This document shows positions 31,331 to 39,700 of a DNA stretch of 64,000 bases, piece by piece. The notes under the pieces were generated by a model. That model had not been told where the DNA came from. It searched no databases and worked only from the letters and a program-made list of their open reading frames with translations. Position numbers and translations under genes: made by a program. Location of the stretch: NCBI GenBank assembly GCA_963801355.1, contig CAWDEM010000008.1, forward strand, positions 256,001-320,000, given 5' to 3'. The DNA is from Ignavibacteriota bacterium (GTDB lineage Bacteria > Bacteroidota > Ignavibacteria > UBA10030 > UBA6906). The stretch's first letter is position 1. Every line of letters starts with the position of its first letter.

Positions 31331-32877
31331 AAATGTCCGCACACAAGAACATCCATTGGCTCTGGCTGGTCGGCGTGGGTATTCTCATTCTTGATGTTGC
31401 GATTCTCTGGAGTGTGCGAGTCGTTCCTTCCGGCTACAGCTCATGGATTCTTGTCGCGCGAATCGTTGCCGGTCTCGTTGCAGGAGATCCAGCCTACGTC
31501 GGTTCGTACTCGTTCGTCAACGTTCCTGTTCCAAACTGTGCGCTAGTTGCGCTGGTTGCCGGACTCGGACCGATCTTCACATTCGAAGGAGCCGGCAAGC
31601 TAGTGATTAGCATCCTCGTGGTCTCGTTGCCACTCGGAGTCCTGGCGGCGAACAAGGCGCTTCACGGGGGGGATGGGCTGGCGCCCGCTCTCCTGACGAT
31701 TCCGTTCGCGATGAGTTGGCAGGTGTTCCTCTCGCAGAATTGCATAATCGGACTTGCGCTCATTGTCTGGGGGGTAGCCTACTACGGTTGGCGTAGGAAC
31801 AAACTGTGTGTTCGCGATCTGCACGTATTTGCAGGCATTCTTGTGCTGGTCTACTTTTCACACGGCCTTTCGTTTGTCCTAGCCATTGCCGTCACTGTGG
31901 GCATTGTTTTCCTGGAACCACTTCCCTGGAGACAGAGATTCCTTTCCTTCGGCCTCGTCATCGCTCCTTCAGCGCTGCTTGCCTTCTGGTATGCACTGGG
32001 TTCTCATCCCGTCCTCACTCATGCAGGAAGCTGGTCGATCTTCACCGTTCTGCAGAGTGCATTGAAGCCTCTGGTGCTGTTCATGCGGGTCAACGGCGTG
32101 GAGTCGCCCGTCCCTCCGTCATACGGAAATCTCCCATGGTTCATGGTATGCGGGGTCTTTCTCCTCGTGAGCATGCAACGTGCATTGAAGAAGCGGAATC
32201 TCGACTTGCGATTTGTGACGCCGGTCGTGTTTTGCCTTTGCTGTGTTCTCGTCCTGCCTGATCCACTTCTGGGGATCGACCAACCCGGAACACGATTCAT
32301 GATTCCCTTGATTGTTTTCTTGATCCTGCTCCTCGGTCGAGTCCGCATACAAGTTCCTTGGGGGGTCGCTCTTGTTGGCGTTGCGTTGGCTGCTGCGCTG
32401 TACAATCTCTTCTGGTTTGGCAGGTTCGATGAAAAGGCATCGCAATTGTTTCAGGATCTCGATGGTGCGACGCAAGGCCGTGAAGCCGCATATGTCCTGG
32501 CGCTGGACTGGCCTCAAGCCACGGCTTTTTCCGAGAGGATCTCGGCATACGCCGGGGGGCTTTCCGGAATCCCGCAGCTGTATAATGCGCGCAAAAATCT
32601 CATTGCGGAGATTCCTGAGACAGGACCCGTGATCATGAATCCCACCCTCCACGCCCGGTTTCCAGCACCCGCCGGAACAGACCTGGCATCCTGGACTACG
32701 TCAATTTTGACTTCGTACCCACTGCTCGAGAAGTTCTCACAAATACTCGTTGTTGGGAAAAATGATGAGTCGGCACGAAGTATCCGGAATCTCCTCGATC
32801 ACGAGTGGCAGATCGCTGTTCAAGGGGAAGCGTGGACAATACTCCGATCACCTCTCCGGACGGCAGGGCCACGGTAA
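31327..32877 (+). CDS. Polytopic membrane protein, GT-C-fold-like (paralogue 2)
   Basis: Collinear with paralogue 1 (PVPN, FEGAGK, QN, SHG, KPL..F, LPDP.LG..QPG.RFM.P, LYN, FD, ETG); ATGA overlap at the start. Confidence 0.55.
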   Translation: MKMSAHKNIHWLWLVGVGILILDVAILWSVRVVPSGYSSWILVARIVAGLVAGDPAYVGSYSFVNVPVPNCALVALVAGLGPIFTFEGAGKLVISILVVSLPLGVLAANKALHGGDGLAPALLTIPFAMSWQVFLSQNCIIGLALIVWGVAYYGWRRNKLCVRDLHVFAGILVLVYFSHGLSFVLAIAVTVGIVFLEPLPWRQRFLSFGLVIAPSALLAFWYALGSHPVLTHAGSWSIFTVLQSALKPLVLFMRVNGVESPVPPSYGNLPWFMVCGVFLLVSMQRALKKRNLDLRFVTPVVFCLCCVLVLPDPLLGIDQPGTRFMIPLIVFLILLLGRVRIQVPWGVALVGVALAAALYNLFWFGRFDEKASQLFQDLDGATQGREAAYVLALDWPQATAFSERISAYAGGLSGIPQLYNARKNLIAEIPETGPVIMNPTLHARFPAPAGTDLASWTTSILTSYPLLEKFSQILVVGKNDESARSIRNLLDHEWQIAVQGEAWTILRSPLRTAGPR

Positions 32878-33788
32878 TGCAGAATCCAAACGGCACAGGC
32901 ACCGTCATAGTCCAGTGGCGAGATCCAGACTCGACGGCAGTTTGTTTGAAACATGTTCGCGCGCTTGTGTTGCCCCCCCGAGTGATAATCGTCGTTGACA
33001 ACGAGTCTAAAGAAGACATTCGCGAAGCCCAGGCCGGGCTCTCTCCCGAAGTGACATTCGTAGGGCTTGCACGTAACGAAGGGCATCCGTGCGCGGTGAA
33101 TATCGGCGCCCGTATCGCCATGGATCTCGGCTGTGAATACCTGTTGCTCCTTGACAATGATGCCTTTGTAACGCCATCGTGTCTCGAAAAGCTGGAAGGG
33201 ATACTTCGAGCTGAGCCCTCCGTTGGCGCGGTATCACCGTTAATATTATCGGGAAGGCGCCCGGGCTTGATCTGGTATGGCGGGGGCAAAGTGTCATTCC
33301 TTGGGAACAGCGTGCACGAGTGCATGTGGAAGCCTGCAGATCAGGCAGGGCGGTCGACCAGGGCGGTAGAATTCGTCACATCGTGCGCCCTCCTCGTACG
33401 TTTTGCCGCATTTACTGCTGTAGGCGGATTCGATTCCTCACTGCATGCGTACACGGACGATCTGGATTTTTCGCTTCGGTTGAGGCGTGCGGGTTACTCT
33501 CTCCTGTACGCTCCAGCCGCGGAAGTTACCCACGGTGAATCCGTGAATGTCATCAAGGTTGCGGGTAAACCCTTCAGGGACTACTACACGATGCGGAATC
33601 GCCTGATTGTGATCCGCCGACACGGCACATGGCTGCAAAAACTCCTGGGCATCCCGCTGAGCATCCTCTGGTATGGTGCTGCATACGCCGCCGTATTCCT
33701 GTTGAGGGGTGAGTGGCGGCGTTCCCGGGCACTGTGCCGCGGGATTCTGGATTTCATGCTCGGCCGCAGTGGAATGAGAGAGGTCTGA
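32877..33788 (+). CDS. GT2 glycosyltransferase (rhamnosyltransferase-like)
   Basis: 'IIVVDNES', 'N.G...AVNIG', 'LLLLDND', 'GGFD......DDLDFSLR', 'RNRL'; TAATG overlap. Confidence 0.9.
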   Translation: MQNPNGTGTVIVQWRDPDSTAVCLKHVRALVLPPRVIIVVDNESKEDIREAQAGLSPEVTFVGLARNEGHPCAVNIGARIAMDLGCEYLLLLDNDAFVTPSCLEKLEGILRAEPSVGAVSPLILSGRRPGLIWYGGGKVSFLGNSVHECMWKPADQAGRSTRAVEFVTSCALLVRFAAFTAVGGFDSSLHAYTDDLDFSLRLRRAGYSLLYAPAAEVTHGESVNVIKVAGKPFRDYYTMRNRLIVIRRHGTWLQKLLGIPLSILWYGAAYAAVFLLRGEWRRSRALCRGILDFMLGRSGMREV

Positions 33789-33795
33789 ATCGCTC

Positions 33796-34923
33796 ATGCG
33801 CATACTTGCACTTGAAACAATTGCAGTGGAAGCAGCACGGCGCTCCGCATACCGTTCGCTGGCGCGCTTCAACGGTTGCGATGTCCATCTCCTGGTTCCT
33901 GTCGCCTGGAGGGAGCAGGGGGGAGTCATGCAAGCGGAAGCAGAGTCCGACAGTCTGCTCCACGTGCACACTACCGGCATACATTTCGGCTTCCGACAGC
34001 ACCGCGTTCTTTATTCCAATCTCCGGCGCATCCTGCGAAAGTTGCAGCCGGATGTGCTCTATTGCGACGCGGAACCGGAAAACTACACGGCAGCCCAGTG
34101 CCGATTGGCTATCGATAGGGTTTCACCCCGAACTCGCCTCGCACTCGTTTCATCGAGAAATCTGGACTACCTCTCCATCGGTTTCCCTTACCGGCTTGCC
34201 TTCACACACCGATGGTGCGACAATCTCCTCCGCCGCCACCCTGCAGACGTCATGTTCGTCCGTCCGCGGTCCACGATGCATTTGCTTGAGGCTTATGGGC
34301 ACTCCGTGGTGCACCTTCCGCACCCTGTCGACACGTCACTCTTTGCCCCTGAGACTTCACCGGCACACCTGACCGATGTAAGCACGTTCACTATTGGATA
34401 CGTCGGGCGCCTGACCGAGAGCAAGGGAGTCCACGTAATAGTGAAATCTCTTATGAATTTGCCCCGAAGCGTGCGCGCGTTGATCGTCGGCCAGGGCCCG
34501 GCTCAAGAGAGCCTGGAAGAATTGACAAGAGATCTGGGCGTAGCCGATAGGACCAGGTTCGTCCCCGCAGTCCCCTATGCGCGTGTTCCTGGGATCCTTC
34601 GCAGCATGGACGTCCTCGTTCTGCCGTCGCTGCCGACCAGTCACTGGGTCGAGCAATTCGGCCGTGTCTTGATCGAATCTATGGCCTGTGGCACACCTGT
34701 CGTGGCGTCACGCAGCGGTGAAATCCCTGAAGTGCTGGGAGAAGGCGGAATACTGGTGGAACCGGGGGACGAGAAGGAGTTGGTCCGGGCCATCGAGCAC
34801 CTTCTGCGAAATCCCTCGCGACGCACGACATTGGGTTTGGCCGGTCGTGCACGTGTGCTTCAGAATTATTCCGCCGATGTCGTCGCCGGGATCATGCACT
34901 CCGCTTTCAACGCTTGCGTGTAA
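33796..34923 (+). CDS. GT4 glycosyltransferase
   Basis: 'IGYVGRL.ESKG', 'DVLVLPS....WVEQFGRVLIESMACGTPVVAS'. Confidence 0.93.
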   Translation: MRILALETIAVEAARRSAYRSLARFNGCDVHLLVPVAWREQGGVMQAEAESDSLLHVHTTGIHFGFRQHRVLYSNLRRILRKLQPDVLYCDAEPENYTAAQCRLAIDRVSPRTRLALVSSRNLDYLSIGFPYRLAFTHRWCDNLLRRHPADVMFVRPRSTMHLLEAYGHSVVHLPHPVDTSLFAPETSPAHLTDVSTFTIGYVGRLTESKGVHVIVKSLMNLPRSVRALIVGQGPAQESLEELTRDLGVADRTRFVPAVPYARVPGILRSMDVLVLPSLPTSHWVEQFGRVLIESMACGTPVVASRSGEIPEVLGEGGILVEPGDEKELVRAIEHLLRNPSRRTTLGLAGRARVLQNYSADVVAGIMHSAFNACV

Positions 34924-34936
34924 GTTTCTGTCATTA

Positions 34937-34965
34937 TTGAAGTTGTCCGCGGAATTCATTAGTTT
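34937..34965 (+). promoter_or_regulatory. Possible internal promoter (TTGAAG-17-TAGTTT) ahead of GT9-GT26-C25
   Basis: AT-rich 50-bp gap in an otherwise tightly coupled operon; ATG 8 nt after the -10 box with no SD. Confidence 0.45.
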
Positions 34966-34973
34966 TTTCTACT

Positions 34974-36047
34974 ATGCGCTCGATTCTTGTCGTGGAGTTG
35001 ACACGCCTCGGCGACGTTATTTGCATGATTCCGGCACTGGCCCGCCTGCGGAGTGCCTTCCCGAAGGCCGAAATCACGTGCGTCGTTCAAAGTCAGTACG
35101 CGGAACTCGTCGAGTCGCTTGATTTGAATATGAGGGCGGTCGGTCTGGACGCGACCCGTAGTTTAAGTGGCTTTCTTCCGGCGCTTCGGGCGGTCCGCCG
35201 GGTAAGGGCTGACCTGGCCTGCTCGATGAGCCCGGCGAAAAGGAATGCCCTGTTGACTATTGGATGCCGTGCTCCCGTGAAAGCCGGTTATCTCCGGTTC
35301 CTTAATGCGCAAATCCAATATCTCCACAGGTCGCCTGTGAGTGTGTGGGGACAGAAGGCCGCCACAGAAACCAGCTATGGCAGGGAGCACCTCACAATGC
35401 GGGCGTTGAAGGTGTGTGATGCTCTGGGCCTGCCCGGGACACCGTCGTTGCCTCTTCCGGCAATGCGACGGGATGTGCTTTCGAATGCATACCGGCGCAT
35501 CGCACCGTTTCTGGAATCTGTCCGTAAGCCGTTCGTTGTTGTGCATCCTTTCGCGGGGTGGGAATACAAACAATGGCCCGTGCAGAGCTTTCTGCAGCTG
35601 GCACAGAGAATTGTTGCGGAAATCAATGAGGATGTGGTGGTGATCTGCGAGGAAGGGGAGCGCGCACGCTGGCAAGCCGCATCAACGGGGTCGCCACAGG
35701 GAAGCCGGATGCACCTCTTCTCTTCGACGTCTCTTGTGGACACCGGCGCATTGCTGCATGGGGCATCCGCGATGGTGGGCAACGACTCGGGCCCTCTCCA
35801 TCTGGCCGGCCTCATGGAGGTGCCGATTGTGGGACTCTACGGACCTGCCACACCGGATCTGACTGCTCCCCGTGGAGCGATAGGTGCTTTCCTTTTTCAC
35901 TCCATCGAATGTTCACCCTGTCCACAGGTGACCTGCGTGCACCCTGAAAATCCGTGCATGAATGCCATCACGGTCGAAGAAGTGCTGGCGGCGATCCGTT
36001 CTCTGGCCAGGGCAGGCACTCCAAATCCTGCGAGTGCATATGCCTAA
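34974..36047 (+). CDS. GT9 heptosyltransferase-like glycosyltransferase
   Basis: 'LGDVI...P....LR..FP.A.I', 'HP.A....KQWP', 'GNDSGPLHLA', 'GLYG', 'CSPC....C......CM.AI'. Confidence 0.92.
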   Translation: MRSILVVELTRLGDVICMIPALARLRSAFPKAEITCVVQSQYAELVESLDLNMRAVGLDATRSLSGFLPALRAVRRVRADLACSMSPAKRNALLTIGCRAPVKAGYLRFLNAQIQYLHRSPVSVWGQKAATETSYGREHLTMRALKVCDALGLPGTPSLPLPAMRRDVLSNAYRRIAPFLESVRKPFVVVHPFAGWEYKQWPVQSFLQLAQRIVAEINEDVVVICEEGERARWQAASTGSPQGSRMHLFSSTSLVDTGALLHGASAMVGNDSGPLHLAGLMEVPIVGLYGPATPDLTAPRGAIGAFLFHSIECSPCPQVTCVHPENPCMNAITVEEVLAAIRSLARAGTPNPASAYA

Positions 36048-36786
36048 AGGCAACATTCTCGGCGTAAACGTTGACGTGATCGACAAGGACGGCCTGCATG
36101 AGGCAATCGGGTCGAGTGTGGCAGGGCACGGGAAGGACGTGTATGCATATGCGAATATCCACGCAATAAATCTCGCTCAGGACCTTCCACAATTCAAGGC
36201 ATTCCTCAACTCAGCACACGTCGTATACTGCGACGGCGAGGGTGTCCGTCTCGGTGCGCGTTTGCTGGGTTTCACGCTCCCACCCCGGGTCGTTCTGACC
36301 TACTGGGCATGGGAACTTTGCGCATTTTGTGCTGATGAGGGGTACTCGGTGTACTTCCTCGGTGGTCATGAAAATGTAATTGCACTCGCGGCAGACCGGG
36401 CCGCCCGTCGTTTTCCGCAATTGAAAATCAAGGGATGGCACAACGGTTACTTCGACAAGCAGGGGCCGGAGAATGATACGGTGCTCCGGTGCATCAATGA
36501 GGCCGCCCCGGATATCCTCCTCGTGGGTTTCGGAATGCCGATGCAGGAAGAGTGGATCGGTGCCAATCTCTCACATCTGGAATCCCGGGTTATTCTGCCG
36601 GCGGGATCGCTCTTCGACTACATGTCCGGCACGAAAAGCATTGCCCCCGAGTGGATGGCGAACCACGGGCTGGAGTGGATGTACCGGCTGATGCAAGAAC
36701 CGGGCCGGTTGTGGAAAAGGTATCTCATCGGCAACCCGCTCTTCTTTCTCAGAGTCATGCTTCAATCGATCCGGGGAGGTACGTGA
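36040..36786 (+). CDS. WecB/TagA/CpsF (GT26) glycosyltransferase
   Basis: 'CDGEGV', 'VYFLGG', 'HNGYF', 'PDILLVGFGMP.QE.W', 'AP.WM...GLEW.YRL.QEPGRLWKRY'. Confidence 0.94.
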   Translation: MPKGNILGVNVDVIDKDGLHEAIGSSVAGHGKDVYAYANIHAINLAQDLPQFKAFLNSAHVVYCDGEGVRLGARLLGFTLPPRVVLTYWAWELCAFCADEGYSVYFLGGHENVIALAADRAARRFPQLKIKGWHNGYFDKQGPENDTVLRCINEAAPDILLVGFGMPMQEEWIGANLSHLESRVILPAGSLFDYMSGTKSIAPEWMANHGLEWMYRLMQEPGRLWKRYLIGNPLFFLRVMLQSIRGGT

Positions 36787-39700
36787 GAGTGATGCGAAGG
36801 GGAGCGTTGCTTGCGCTGCTTGGTGCCGTGTATCTGTCCGGGCCCCACCTTGCGGCCGGTGTTCCTCCGACCGATGGCACTGTCTATCGGCTTCTCTCCC
36901 GGGATGCAGGCGGATGGACCTTTGCAGTCCAGTCCGTGCCGCGCCCCGTTTCTAAAATCGAAATCGCCGGAAGGGAATACACGCTCTTCGCAGGTGAACC
37001 GCAGGAGCGTGATGCTGCCCCCGGAAGGCCTTACCTGCCCACCGAGCCGTTGTCGCTCGGTGTTCCGTTCGACGCCGCTGTCACCGCAGACCTCCAGAAC
37101 CCTGTCTATGAAGAAGTCGCAGGGGTGCTTGTCGCTCCGGTCCCCGCGTACAGCATGACGGAAGAACGTGAAGCTGTTGCTGCGTACACGGTGGATGCCA
37201 GAGAATACGCCCGTGATGCATTCGTTCCCGCGACTACCCTCACCGTCGATCCACCCTTTGTTTTGCGGCAGCAGCGGATCTGCACAATCCGTCTGGCGCT
37301 GTACCAGTACAACCCCGCACAGAAGATCCTGCGACGCCTTATCACCGGGAACCTCCGTATCCGCTACACCCCTGATCCATCAAACGCGCCGGCACGGGCC
37401 GGGGCTGTTCAGGAAGCTGATCCCCAGTTCGAGGAAATCTACCGCAGCCTGGTTCTCAACTATGACGAGGCACGCGCGTGGCGTGCAGGAACACGCGCGG
37501 CTGCACAACCACCGGTGGACAGTGCGGGCACATGGTTCGAGTCGGGCCGTCGCTACGCACGCATTCCTGTCGCGAAGGATGGATGGCAGATCCTCTCGCG
37601 ACAACAGCTGGAGAGTGCCGGGATAAATATGACTTCGTATGGCGAAAGCGATGTGCGTCTCTTTCTTCGCGGGGCAAGCGTGCCGTTCCTCGTGCGTCGG
37701 GACACATCGATCGAGTTCTACGGCCTGCAGCGGCGGGGAGATTCCACGGCATTTGATTTCTACAGCGATACCAGCACGTACTGGCTCACATTCGGAGGGC
37801 GCGGAACCGCATTGCCGTTGACCGCCGCCCCGCAGGCGGCAGGACCGCCCGCGACTTCAATCGCCGCGGCGCGTTCCCTTCGGCACTTTGAACAGAATAC
37901 CGACTATTACGAGGGAACGGGTGAGGCCGAGGTCACGCAGAACGGTCCGGTGGCCGGAGAGGGATGGGTCTGGTCATATTTCTACCCAAATACCACCACA
38001 TCGTTTCCTTTCGAGCTGGATAACCGTGTTGCAGTCGCGGGCGACAGCGCGGTCATCACCGTGAAGCTTTTCAGCACCACTCTACACTACAATACACCCG
38101 ATCATATCGCGAGGGTGTGGGTGAATGATTCACTCGTCGGAGAGGCGCAGTTCAACGGCCGCACGCGGGGGTTCCTGCGCACGGTAGTTCCGGGTGGATG
38201 GCTGAAAGAAGGTGTAAATGCACTGAAGATCACTTCAGTGTCGACACCAAGTGTTCCGAATCAGTTTTATCTCGATTGGTTTGAAGTGGAGTATACCCGG
38301 GGCCTTTATGCCACCGGCGGATCTCTCGTGTTCTCGGGGAATCCAGGTCAGGGTGTGGCATCATACACCGTGCAAGGTTTTTCCGATAGCACGATTGAAG
38401 TCTTTGATATCGCCACGTTGCGCAAAATCTCCGGGGTGGAGGTGCACGGATCCGTCGCCACCGGCTTTTCCGCAGTCTTTCTGGATTCACTCGGCAGCCA
38501 CCACCGGTATGTAGCTGTTTCGGAGGCGGGACGGGTACCGGTGCAAGGAATGCGAGCGAAAGAATTCTCCGATCTCCGCAACAGACCCGGTGGTGCAGAC
38601 TACCTGATCGTGACACACAGGATATTCCGTACGGCTGCGCAATTGTTGGCCTCCCACAGAGCGGCACGCAACGGAGTGCGGTCTCTCGTCGTGGACGTGG
38701 ACGATCTTTATGACGAGTTCGGGTTCGGGATGAAGAGCGCCGAAGCTATCAAGGCGTTCCTCCGGCATTCCTATGCACACTGGGCCGCGCCCGCTCTGTC
38801 ATCTGTGCTGTTATTCGGTGACGCATCATGGGATCCGCACAAATTCATTTCTTCATCCGTCAAGATCGATTTCGTGCCGGCATATGGTGTGCCCGCGGGC
38901 GACGAATGGTACGGTTGTTTTGATCCGGCGTATCCGTTTCTTTCATCCTTGGTTCTCGCCCGTCTCCCCGTGGAGGACACCGTACAGGCACGGCGCACGG
39001 TTGACAAAGTGATCGGGTTCGATACACCCCCTCTTGCAGACTGGAACAAGAATTTTATGTTCATCACCGGCGGGATCGGCATATCGGAACAGACCGTATT
39101 CAACATGCTGACGGAGCCCCTCATCGCCAACAACGTACTGGCTCCGCCCGTCGGGGGGACGCCGTTCCGCATCTACAAGACTGCGGATGATGTGATTAAC
39201 GGCGACAAGAAGGCTGAGATGCAAGCATTGTTCAAGAGCGGGCTGTCGTTCGTGAATTTCCTCGGACATGCCGCAGGCCGGATATGGAACGTGGACATCG
39301 GTGATCCGAACGAACTGGAAAACAGCACGGGGATGCTGCCGTTCATTGCTTCAACCAGCTGCAACGTTTCGGCATTTGCCGAACCATCCAGCAATGTTCT
39401 CGCGGAAGATTTTGTCCTTGCGGACAACCGGGCGGCGATTGCGATGTGGGGAGCGTCGTCCCTTGGCTATGCCAACTCCGGCACGCGCCTGGTGAATGGT
39501 ATGCTGGTTGCAGTGGCCAAGGACTCCGTCCGGCGCTTCGGGGCCGCGACGGCAATCGCACGCTATAAACTCTGGCAGGAATCGGGATCGGGATACGTCA
39601 CCATCAGCATGGTTACGCTCAATCCGTTGATCGGGGACCCCTTGAGTAAGATGCCGATCCCCGTCAAACCCGATATCTCGTCAAGCGGCGGAGACCTTAC

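Noticed and set aside
36552-36782. N-terminal extension of the C25 ORF
   Set aside because: It overlaps the GT26 coding region; the signal peptide begins at 36783/36792.
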